The position numbers were made by a program, and so were the translations under genes. This document shows, piece after piece, positions 12,236 to 24,283 of a stretch of DNA of 44,843 nucleotides; within the stretch, counting starts at the first letter, position 1; every line of letters begins with the position of its first letter. The DNA is from Catajapyx aquilonaris (Eukaryota): assembly GCA_000934665.2 (NCBI GenBank), contig KZ538845.1, positions 1-44,843 of the forward strand, given 5' to 3'. The notes under the pieces are model-generated. The model was not told the DNA's origin, did not search any database, and saw nothing but the letters and a program-made list of their open reading frames with translations.

Positions 12236-13558
12236 TTGTACAGTGCTACGTAGCAGGCAGGGACAAAATAATGTTTGACGTGTACAACGAAGACGCCTCA
12301 ACATATCGTGATTGCCAGTCCGCAAAATAGTGTTCTCAAAAATATGTTGTCAGGCTAATGTTGGAAGCTTTCAATGAAGAGCGATGCATGGCATTTATAG
12401 GCTTCATGTATTTTTTTTTCTTTCTTATGTTGTCCCCAAATCTCCCGGAGGAGCATCAGGATATGTAAAGGAACAGAGGTATATAACGGACCAAACAACT
12501 ATAACATCAAGCTGACAATATAACAGCACTGTAATGGGTTGTTGAATGTCAATTCCATTCATTTAAAATGTCGTGAAATAAAACACGGTTGCAATCAAAT
12601 CAGTTTGGTCAAATAATAGTCTTTTGATTTACAAATTGGTAACTAATACTTCACATGACGTCAATGAGACGGAAATCGAATAAGTCGCAGGAATCACATA
12701 TTGTGCAACCACGCTCTTTTACACGCATATTAAATACTAATTTTATTTTCATCTAATCATATGAAGAGCGTAGATCGTACAGTGGTAATAGGTACTATGC
12801 AGCAACGTTGGTAGTTCCATTTTTGGCAGTCTGCAGTCGTGGACTGTTTGACTTTTAAAAAATCTACTCTTCCTTGCGCAGCAGACTTATTATTTTGTAT
12901 GAGTTTTACAAAAGCGCATATGAAATCCGATTTATGCCTCTTTCCAGTTTGATACTACGCAATCTTATGCGCAGAGAGGCAGAGTACACATAAAATGCTA
13001 CTGCCAAGTTGCAAAAAATGGTACTTCAAACGTTTTTTTTTTTGCATAATACACCTCATCTTCACCTTCCGTGCAAAATGAGGCTGCATTCGCCTTTCCT
13101 TTTTTGGTATATATTTTCATTAAATTGCGTTATCCGGGAAAGAAGGTCCACTCTCTAACTAAAGCTCTGCTAATTTTTTGTTGGAAGAACGTCATGAGCA
13201 AGAAAATGAGGCCTTCCACATATACCCATCCCTCCACTTCCTCTGTGAAATAAAACTAACATATATATTAACTGTACCGGTACATAAATCGATGCAGGTA
13301 ATAATTACCCGGAAAAGACATTAGCGACTTTGTCACTTCCTTTGCCCAGCAGTAACCCTTATCGGTTTGAGATGTCATGTCTCTCATCAGAAGACGCGGT
13401 TCCCATGTGACTTAGTCGCAAAATAAAATATTGGCAGACAGATACATAAAATGATGATTGGGGAATATCTGCGTGTTTCGGACTACAGCCTTGTTGGGTT
13501 TTACAGCAAAAGAAAGCCATAAATAACGAATGGATGAAAGGAAAAGTGGGTGATTTTC

Positions 13559-13866
13559 TTATGGCCTGGCATGGACCGGAGTGGTCTCTTCGGGGCTTGG
13601 GGAATCGTCTCTTCGAGACTTGATACGGACCACGTGAGGTCCGGAGGAGGTGCTGCCAGATACATTTCCGCGTCCGGATACTGGTTCGTCCATATGCTGG
13701 GTGTATTTGGGACCTAGAGAACCTGGAGCCTGCAACCTCATCTTCTCTGGATCCAACGACTGCTCGTCGGCCCTCAGGAGGAAGAAGGTGCCAAAATTTA
13801 GCTGAGGGATGTCGTAGAAGACCGTCAGTGCCAGCATCATGAACGTCAGGCCGACCATGAGATAGC
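13559..13866 (-). CDS. K2P channel (TWIK/KCNK1-like), shared last exon: TM4 and C-tail
   Basis: Acceptor TTGCAG|GC (phase 1); (G)YLMVGLTFMMLALTVFYDIPQLNFG...; TAA at 13561-13559. Confidence 0.88.
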
Positions 13867-14433
13867 CTGCAATTGAACATGAAAATTGATATGTGACTTG
13901 CTGTGCCATGCTTCTCATAACCCTGAAGGTCTTGTCGATGCGACACCGGATTTCATAATATTTATTTTCCTATCGCAACAAGGACAAGCAGAGCAATGTT
14001 TGTTTGGGTTCTTCCCAGTCATATATACGTACGTGTGACACGTGACGCTGGCGTATAGTAACGCAGTACTAAAGGCGCGTTTGCACAACCACACATGTGT
14101 GATTCTGGGTCCGATAAGACACGCTTCATGCTGCAGATTGGAGGGATTTGTTGACGAAAAACTGTAAACCAATGCAGACTGCCTGCGTAGCTTGCCCTAA
14201 ACTTTAAAAGGTGCTTTACGGTACTCGGTTCTGCTACATGCAACATGTCATGCTCTTTGCACCTCGCCTGTGTCATAAAAGCTTTGAAAATGGTACAAGC
14301 CTAATCTAAACAAATTATGACCAAAGAAGTATACTGTTATCTATCGACCTTAGGCGATTGTATAATAACGCAGGTTTCCAGTTTTGACTCCTTCGTAAGC
14401 AAAAGGTAAAGTCGTCTTGAAACAGCAACTTAC

Positions 14434-14832
14434 CTGTGATGCAGACTTTGTAAAGTGGCCTGTACGGCTGGTTGGACGAATCTCCAGGAATGTAATCACC
14501 AAGTCCGATGGTGGTTAGTGAGATGAAGCAGTAGTAGAACGCATCTAAGTAGTCCCAGTCAGGTTCCAACTGCGTGAAAATAGTCGCCGGCACCAAGAAG
14601 AAGAACCCTCCAACAAGAATGCCCACCAGAGCAAGATGGAACAAACGGATGTTGAAGGGCTGGTACAAGTGACCAAGCTTAGAGTTGAGCAGCTGTAGAA
14701 GGAGGGTAGTCGGGATCATCAGGCGTTCTACTAACGCCGTCAACAGGATCAGCGTCAAAGGGATGCCCAGAACGGCGTACACCATGCAGAAGATCTTCCC
14801 TCCGCGTGACAATGGGGTCACGTGGCCATACC
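14434..14832 (-). CDS. K2P channel shared exon: end of P1, TM2, TM3, P2
   Basis: TTTTACAG|GG acceptor and AG|GTAAGT donor; 399 nt, phase 1-1. GYGHVTPLSRGGKIFCMVYAVLGIP...WDYLDAFYYCFISLTTIGLGDYIPG, with the GLG filter typical of TWIK. Confidence 0.95.
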
Positions 14833-14889
14833 CTGTAAAATGTCGGTGTGTCATTGTCTGATTTTCTGTACACTACCAAAAAGGCTCAC

Positions 14890-15030
14890 CGATGGTAGTG
14901 ATGATGGTTCCAGAGAAGAAAAGACTCTGCCCGAAGCTCCAGTTGGGTTCACTGGACACGTTGTGCACCACCGACACTCCCCGATTGTTGGCCTCCACCA
15001 CATCTGCCAAAAGCTCTTCCAGGTCTTCAT
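14890..15030 (-). CDS. K2P channel shared exon: cap helix 2 and P1 pore helix
   Basis: TTTTTGGCAG|AT acceptor and G|GTGAGC donor; 141 nt, phase 1-1. (D)EDLEELLADVVEANNRGVSVVHNVSSEPNWSFGQSLFFSGTIITTI(G). A 57-nt intron follows. Confidence 0.95.
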
Positions 15031-18000
15031 CTGCCAAAAAAATGTTTATGATCATAAGTAATGACACTCATTACTTCACTTCGCAATCAATTTATCCAAC
15101 TGTCACAGTGACAAGTCCCTCCAATAATCATTATTGCTGCGAAAACATAGATATGAAGGGTCAATGTAACAATTTAATATTTCTCATCCTTTCTGGGAAA
15201 GCGTTAGGTACACAATCCCAGTTGAACGACTGCACGATACGGTCATTTGGCACTATCAACCCAACCACATACTCGTGCCAAAGGCCAGTCAGTTGCAACT
15301 AGCCCATATGGATGTTATACTGTATAGTATACTGACGTTGCGAAATGTCTCTATAGCTACTGTACCTTTCCCAGCTTAATTCACGAATATTTTATTACAC
15401 GGTAATGTAATGATAGAGTGCTTTTTGTCATAAGTTCACTATGTTTTTTTCTCTCTCTTTTTTATCGACCGTCTTTTCTGCTAGAGGCTATACTTAGTCC
15501 CACCTACATTAGTCGGTCAGATCGACTTGAAATCAAGTAGTGTCGCGTTGATTCATTAGCAACCGTGACGGAAGAGGACGTGGACAAAGATAACCTCTTT
15601 CTATCGTGCCCTCCCCCACCCACTCAACGCCCCACCCTCGCTTTTTCGCCCCCACTTGCTTCTATCACCCTAGAAACCGTCATGCGTAAGCCATATGGCT
15701 GTACAAAAAGGAAGATAAGCTATATGCCTACATACTACAATCAATATTCTGCACTTCGGTCGGCAGGACCTCTAGATATCATTTTGCATATGCTAATACC
15801 AGTGTTCAAATAATTCAGTGTTGCATGCAACATAGGATCACGATATTTAAAAATGCATGCATTTTATATGGACAGTTTTTTCTTGCTTCTATAAGGACAA
15901 TCATTATTATCATGAAACATGAAGTCACGGATCAGTTCAGGCAAAGGGTAATTAAGACGTTGGAAGCATTATTAACAATGCCGGGGTAACTTTGGAATGA
16001 TCTGAACATCACTGTAGGAGGCCTACTGACGTAAGAATAAAGAAGTTCTCGCCAGTGGTGGATGGCTTCTTTATAATCCAGGAAAAACAATATCGACTGA
16101 AATAACTATAATGTAGTATAGATCATAAACACTGCACCACATTTTTTTTAAATGTTATATGCGTCAGAACATTTGGGGAAAAAACACGCCTGTGAGATGT
16201 CGATGTGGAGCATTTGGGTAAGTGCCATCAGTGATACACCATCACTATGATTAACATTGACATTCAGAGTATTGATGTACTGTACTCACACGAGCAAGTT
16301 ATATAGGCCTACAGTACTGTACTGTACTGGCCCAGCCCATACCTCTGTTGTATGGTTACGCCTACACATTTTGTAGTAGGCCTACCGATATTTAAAAATG
16401 TATCCTATGCTGCTGTAGTCCGCTTTGATGTATTCATGATATTTACCACTCTTGATCCTCGCGAGTATTCAATAATGAACCTCTTAGATTTTTGTTCACC
16501 TTGTACTTGTAATAATGTTTTATGATCCTGTGCTTCACATTAGCCTACTGCAAGAGTGTATAGGCTACAGGTTTTTCCCCGACAACATTCATTTAACAAT
16601 TTTAACCCCATCCTGTATGGCAAATAAAAGTAGGACTCCGTACTACAAAAAGCAGACAACTCGTCACACCATGAAAGGTAGCCCGAAAATGACAGTTTTT
16701 GACTGTCAGGATTATACTGTATATTCATAATGCCGGAAGGGTGCTACAATACAGTTCCCGAGACTGACATTTTAAAGCCAACAGCAGGTTCGCCAGCACG
16801 ATATTTTAATAATATTTTTGCACATTCATTGCGTATGCACCAATCTCATTTCAGACACTTAGGGTAATTACTAATGGAACACACCAAAGGCGGTGAAGTA
16901 TAAATGATTCCTTGATTATAAAAATTGCAACCAAAAAGGGTTAAGGTGCAACTTGTACGAGTTACCCTAACGTATGCGCAAGAAGTTTCGTCACTGAAAT
17001 GAAGTCCTTGACACAGTAAAATAGATATGAAGGCCTGAAATGCAGAACTATCACCGTTAGTCCACTTTTTTGTCAAAATTGAATTAAACATTCTCTAGCA
17101 CAGACAGTCGTAAAAGGATATCCCTTCTGATGGAAAAGTCAGATTTATTATTAAAAAATTACGTACCCCTGGAGATATTTGTGAGAAAAAAAAATCATCA
17201 CATAAGGGATAATGCAATCTTAAATCTTTAAACCCTTATTATCTCGAAATGAGTCAAATGTCACTCTAATCGTTCTGTATTTCAGGTGCAGTGAAAACGT
17301 CACCCTTTAATGCAGCACAGTATTTTAAATGCCTTGTCGGCGTTCAAAGGCCGGTAACCGCATGCGTACGGAATTTTGTGCTTTTTGCGTACACTCAATA
17401 CCTTCAACTCTGTGCCTGTGGCTGACACATAAGTAGGGCCTGTTCCGCAACCTTCATTGACGTCTACACCATTAAGGCGGAGGCATTGTCATTTCCTGCC
17501 TTTACTTATTTTGGGTTACAGGTTGGGCTATATGAAATAGTCGACCAAGTATCCACTCACTGTCAGTCTATAGCAGTGTTATATCCTGCACTTTCCCAAT
17601 TGGAAAGTGCCACTATCGCATGTCACTGCTTTATATTGTGCCTGGGATGCACAAAGGACTTTAAAACTTTAAGAACAACAACAGTGTCATAATTATGTTA
17701 TGACGCTATAGCACACAGCGGAACCCACTCTGTGCTGTTATTAATCTCAATTCAAGAAATAAGCTGATTTCAATCACAACGATTGAGAGGTATCGAGCTG
17801 TATTGATCTTTAATCCCAGCGCAGAAAAATCCATGTCGACCTTGCAAGAGGCATCCAGCTGCCTACCTGCCCAAAAGCCTTGCAGGCCATTGGGATCATA
17901 TGTGATCAGTCCTTGTTAATATGGGGATTAGAATAGTTAAATAAGCTCTTTGTGGGATAGGTCCAGATTGTCTTTAGGTTACAAACAAGACCTATCCGGA

Positions 18001-19086
18001 TCTGTGTGTGCATAATCCTCAAACCTTATCCGATCATGTAGTGCTGAGTCTTTCAAAACCACCTCTGCTTCTTATCAGAATTTATTTTTTTTGCATTAGC
18101 CAGTCCGTGACGTCAACGCGAAACTAACATTTACCACCTTTCCCCGACCACTTTACAATAGATCATATTTTCATATAGTATATTATGCATAATATCCCGC
18201 ATCTGTTGGCAAACTGTAAAAACCATTTTCAGTTACTACTTATATAAGGTCGCATAATTATTTACACTTGGGTGGGCTTAAATAGTTCATAAAAACAAGT
18301 GCACATTATAATAATGTCAGTGCACTGTGCACTGACAAGTGAATGAAATACGTTACCCTTGTGATTCAGGTAGCGATATATCAAGGCCTTTGAGGTACAG
18401 TAAGTAGCAAAAAGGTCGCGGAAAGTAGGGTGCTTTTGCATTATCTCCAAGCAGCTGATCTGAACTGATTATAGAAGTATGTATGTTGTACAGGGGTTAT
18501 TGATAATCATGTGCGTCAAGATAAACCCAAATATTGGAGTACAGTGCCTTCCAAGAATATTGCATACCTACACGACATTACCAGAATAAAATTACTTACA
18601 ATTTGCAATGAATTAATTAATCACTCGGTCACAATTAATTTAAATTACAATGCCAATTTTCTTAGCTCTTGATTTGCAGACACGCTAACCTAACCAATCA
18701 AACGCGTGCAGTACAGTACCAAAAATCGTCGCAAAAAGGGACAAAATGCACAGCTGCCTCAGTTACTGACAGATTCAGAAACAATGTGGTCAACAACAAA
18801 ATAGTTATGCCTGGCAACTTGCGACTAATCCATGTACGTGTCTGGCCGCTTATTTGCAACATAACCTATATGCAAAATTGACCATTATCACATTAATCAT
18901 ATGAACTAAAATATGCGCAGCGCTGTTATCGTCAACACTTTCTAAAAAAATCGTACATTGCAACCAGAAGTAATCAACCTCAAGCATACACTGCATTCTC
19001 TACGCACAATGTTACTGCAATTCCAATAATTGTTCCTCAAAAATATAGAGTAAATCCCTCCCCATTGCTGACCCCATTGTTTCTAC

Positions 19087-19369
19087 CTGAGACACACTCA
19101 TTGCTGTTGAGGAAGAGCAAAATTTTGCTCCTGAGCGCTCTCCGGAAATCATCCTCCAGGTCTGCTTCCAGGGACGTGAACACCAGGCTTCCTACCACTA
19201 AGTAAGCGACGTAAAAGATGACATAGAGCCAGAGTAAGAGGGTACTTCTGCGAATCCAACAGCACCGGGACACATAGTCTTGCTCAGAACTGTTGTCGCT
19301 AACTAGTTCTCCGTGCTCCAGACGAGCAGCGGTTCTTTCATCCGGAATGGCTTGGTACCCAGGAAGCAT
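19087..19369 (-). CDS. K2P channel alternative first exon B (proximal): N-terminus, TM1, cap helix 1
   Basis: AACAAG-ATG at 19369; MLPGYQAIPD...LLLWLYVIFYVAYLVVGSLVFTSLEADLEDDFRRALRSKILLFLNSNECVS; phase-1 donor CAG|GTAGAA. Joined CDS is 1131 nt = 376 aa. Confidence 0.88.
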
Positions 19370-22300
19370 CTTGTTGGCTTGACAGACAGTGACACTCACC
19401 GAACAGGACTGATGCCACAGACGTCCTTTGCAATTCCTTTTCTTTAACACAGCAGCAAGCAGCTCTGGAGGGATTACGGATGAATGGATCCGATTCCAAG
19501 GTACTTAATGATCCCCTTGCAGGCAAAGAGGATTTCCACCACAGGTCTTTTTGAGGAAACTCCTATTCGTCACGTGTCAGGCGAGGTCCACCAGAGATAT
19601 TCTATCACACCTTCCAGCGCTACTCTTTTACAATAGGCTGCCATGACTCCCTTGTCCGTACATGATGCTGTACGACTGCTGTTGAAGTAGTAGTAACTCT
19701 GAATGGCTGCTCTGCCACTGCTCTGATCGTGCCAGCACTTCTAATCTACATGCAGTAGAGTTGGCACCTCTCACAACGAGCCCGAGCGCGTATCTGGCGG
19801 TGACCGGCGATATTGCATATCAGGTGAAGTGCCAGTCCGCACAAGGTCCACCATATGCTGCTATGGCGGCTGAGTGAGGCGAAAGGGAGTGTGGCAACAC
19901 GGGTTTGTTGGAAATCACTCGAACCAAGGGTGACTGGATTGTCACCTCAGCGGCAAAGTTCATCCTAGCTCTTGTGTTGCCAATTTGATCTATAAGACGC
20001 GTGATGATTGGTTCTTGTCTGCATTTTTGGCGCTTCGCCCCATTATTGCAGGGCATGTCCGTGATCCGGGTAGACATTGGTCAAGCTTTCCTAATTTAGT
20101 TTTATGCTGCCGATATCAAGTGCGGAGGCCACAAAGTGTTTCACTGCCGATGATTACGTATTACGGACACGGTAATAGGTGCAATCGACTCATAATTTTT
20201 GTTTAAGTTTGAGTTTAATTTAAGCGCAGTGAGTGCAAAAATATATAAAAAATTTTATTCAGCCCATTATTTTCGGTAGATAAGATCCCGTACACTATAA
20301 TTATCTTGATGTAAAAAGGATTACTTTTATGTGGTGCAAGGGTCCCGAGCTGGCAGGTATTTGCCCCCAAATGTAAATAACTTATCAAGATACCAAATTA
20401 CAATGGGTAGATTGAATAGTGCATATAGATATCAGTCAACAAGATATTCAGTATACTGTAGCCTAGTATAAAATACCGTTCTACCCATGAGTCACTGTTT
20501 CTTCATGTCCAACTGTATAACAGAAGTACACATAAGAATTTGTATGCGCAAAATATGGTACGAAAAATATGGCTGAACGTTGCGTAAGCCACAGTACTTC
20601 AATCCTTTCTCAACCACACACTTATGAGCAAATATAACTATTGAATCATTCCCAATGATTATTTAACATAATATAGCTATACTACATGAAGATAAGGGGT
20701 CATCGCAACGAACAAAAAAAGGAGCTTGCCAATTACACCGCCCTGCTGGACTTGGCCCAAGACCATACAGTTTTTTTTCTGCTGTTGTTGTCGAGTCCTC
20801 TATACGAAATGACCCGTCATGTTAATAGCGTTATAAAATGAACCATCTTGGGCAAGAAAATGTTTCGATGAGGCTCCTCCTGGGCATTTAGTAAACCAGC
20901 ATAAACCAAGTAACTACTATTCTGTAGTACAATGTAATGTGTGTCGGTTTTGCGAGTTTTCTAGGGCACTCCGGGCAGTTAATAAACTAAAATGGATGGT
21001 TCAGTTCCGCCCATTTATGATCGTGCTCCTGGTATATCAGAGGAGCTCAAAGAAAGGCACAGGTCACCAGAGACCCAGCCTGAAATCAAATAGAACATCG
21101 CTCAAAGAAACCTCATCACATACACCGGATTCCATGTGCCAACTGCTGCAAGAGCTGCTCTGATATCTCAATTATTAATCACCTGGTTTTATGCGGTCCC
21201 TGACGTCAATCCTCCTTCATCCTGGATCCATTCATATTTAAAGTCAGCCTGACTGTAACTACCTGCAGGGCAGAGCTTGTTGAAACCCAACAGCCCCTAG
21301 GTGACGGATCTTTTTTGCTCGCTGTAATGAGATGCAACTACTGTGCCGTACTCAGTATGGACATCAACAGCGAGTATTACGGACGTGCTCCAGGGAATAC
21401 GCAGCGAATGACGCATACTATTGCTGTGCAGGGATTCACATCGTATTTATATGCTGATGACATAACCATGGGGCATTGCGCGAGTGATCGCAATGAGTAA
21501 GCATTGTACACCTAATGTTTGTGTGGTCGACATAACTGTTGAAATTGCCCGCATTTTCAGGCCAATATGAACATCTACTGCTTCTGATTATACGCTGTGC
21601 CCACTACCTCCCACACACACTTTCGATCTGTCATTCCGTTCAGCGTTGCCAGGCAAGTAATTTCTATAGGCCTACAGAAGGAGTAATGTCTGAGAGAAAT
21701 ATAGAATCCATTTGGTGGGAACTGAAGGAAGCTCCGCCGAGTGTCTGGCTTCGTCTCTATCTCCATTTTAATCTCGCGTGAGCAGAGCCCATCATTCCTC
21801 AATCAAACCTCAATTTGCGATGGTTCCCCTATTCTCCATGTAATTAAGCCCTTCCTGCAGGTAAATTAATGTTGCAGAAATTGCATCCAGGGTGTCATTG
21901 TCCTAATCAAAAGTACAGACATCCTGAAATGACGTCACTGAGACGAGATGTATCAGGGGACTGTGAATCGATTCCCATGTTCTGGGTCGCACAGTGACGG
22001 CAGTCAAGCACAAGGATTTACGGAGAAACGCCTGCCAAGTGCAATACTACGAACCACCTTCATATCAGACTCAAAATTAGCCTTCTAGACAGTGATTACT
22101 AATTATTCTGACTCGGGAACTGTCCGTGATGGCTGCTGCAGGTTCACTCGGGCTTTCTAAATCAAAATTTGATCAAAGCGGATAGGGAAGCAAGATTCAC
22201 TTTGAAGGTGGTATATGCTTCCATATAGTGCGAATGTAAGTGACAGGTCATATCCGTAAGGTAACCTGTGTTCTGAAAATATACAGAATAGCCTAAAAGG

Positions 22301-24238
22301 ACAGGGCCATTTTGATAGTTAGAGTGCATCCTACGTATTGATTTAGACCAGGACGGTGGTAGCCGAGCTGTGTATATTATTGCCATACCAAGTCTAGTAG
22401 AGCATATAATAATACTTTTGGTCCTAGATTGTCGTCTGCACGTTACGACTCGCACAGCATGCCCGAGAAAAGAATAATTACTTCCCAGGGCAAAGGTTCC
22501 ACACATTTTCTTGAGAAGTTCAAGTGGGGACTGATTTTTAGTTAATAGGGAAGGTGAAGGGAAAGGTCGAAGTTGAGTTCACCTAATCGATAGGGTTCAG
22601 CCTCTCGGCCCCAACATCTCCTTTCACATAGTGGCCTATAGATATTAATTTTCATGAGTGCAAAATAAAGCTGCCTGAGTCAAGTGTCGGACCAGGATTT
22701 TGTGAGTCGCTCAATCGAGTTGGACACTTTTGATGGCTTTCATTCCGAGTGAATAGACAACGCCCGTCATAACATCCCTTCTTGAGTCAGGCCTTGTTGC
22801 AACGACTAGCTACTACATTGTTACTATCTTGACATCTGGATCTGCTGCTTGAACAGTATGCATTAGGAACATTTGCAGAAAGTGTGTTCCATATTAGTCA
22901 TATCACTTTTACAACAAGTGACATGCTAATGAACTGCTACATTTGCATAGGTAGCCAACACGAGATGCTGCTGTAATTAATATTTAACAGTGCACAGTAT
23001 ATAAAAAATATATATTCCATCATGGCTGATTACTTTTGAGCTGTCTACTGTGCATGTCATAACGACATGACAATACGGCAACTAGCACGAATTTTATAAT
23101 TTTTAAATAATATTATTTGGTTTTTATCACAGTCACCAGGACCAAAAAGCCGATGATAAAATCGCATTCCAGTTCTATGATGATGAGCACATAAATTTAA
23201 TAACTCATCCATTAATGACATTCTGACAACACATGGAAGGAGCCGTTCCTTTACTAGCATTTTGTATCAACACACTTTGCACTTTGACATAGAACAAAAC
23301 CCTTAGTATATTTGAAAACCCTCGCATAGAGTCAACAAAACAAGGGATTGTTATGGAGTCCCGCATATCAGGCAACCAAATAGCACACGCGATGCGTCGT
23401 GCCCTTTGCAATACCTCCCTCTGGGATAGCGTGCAATGTCACTTCTTACAAGGTGCATCTTGGCAACATATTGTCCCATTTCTTGGCTACTTCACGCCAT
23501 CTTATTCTTTCTACTTCCAACGACAAATGCTGTCACAGGAGACCCCTTGTTGTGACCCTTTCTTATCAGCAGAACAAGGTGACCTCCAAAAGAACCGTTT
23601 TGTACTGCACCGGTATACGGACGTACTCACTATTCGCTCCTAGAATCTACCACTCGACACCCCCCCCCCCTCCCCCCTCCCGACGTCCCTTCACCCTCCG
23701 TCCCCCTGCCCCGCAATCAATATGTGGATTTGTTCCATGCGTGCTGCCGCCTTGTGCTAGCATCATGTCATATCCGCCCGCCACTTCTGCACTACATCTG
23801 CACAGAAAAATATGATTCAACATGATTTCACCTGAATGCGGCATAACCTGTAATATTAATTTTAATATCCAGCAGGAGTTGCTGAGATAAGGTTTCGCTC
23901 AGTTGTTTTTTTTCTTCTTCTTCTTCTTTTTTTGACAACCGTGGGTAGATGTAGGCCTAGATTGCAAATGTAACACAACCATGAAAGAGGGGCAATCATT
24001 TCAATTTCAATGTCATTTTGATAATGATCTAGCAGTCTTGGAACATTTTTGTTCAATATTTTAAATATATGAGTTGATCATTGAAGCGCCTGTTGCATTT
24101 GTCTGTGGCGCAATATAGCCTATACTGTATTATGCAAGGAGAAACGTTTGCGAACTGTAACCACATTCAACAATGGGAAGAAACTTAAGGACATTAGTAA
24201 TCTTGAAAAGGCTAATTCCAAAGTCATCTCTTTCAGAG

Positions 24239-24241
<3 letters not shown>

Positions 24242-24279
<38 letters not shown>
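24242..24279. repeat. (AT)n microsatellite
   Basis: About 19 AT units. Confidence 0.95.

Positions 24280-24283
<4 letters not shown>

Noticed and set aside
13360..13400. Hammerhead-like CTGATGA-GAGA(loop)TCTC-AAAC on minus strand in the K2P 3' UTR (similar case at 3870)
   Set aside because: Lacks the essential G of GAAA, and stems I and III could not be formed.
13359..13946. 195-aa ORF, the longest in the track
   Set aside because: It is an alternative frame over the K2P last exon. The splice phase selects the TM4-encoding frame and no motif is recognisable.
21263..21417. Possible third K2P first exon ending ...FNKLCPA|GT with Cys at the same offset
   Set aside because: In-frame stop 12 codons upstream and no hydrophobic TM1; judged coincidental.
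23640..23720. Pro/Gly-rich ORFs
   Set aside because: Produced by poly-C low-complexity sequence; no splice or homology support.
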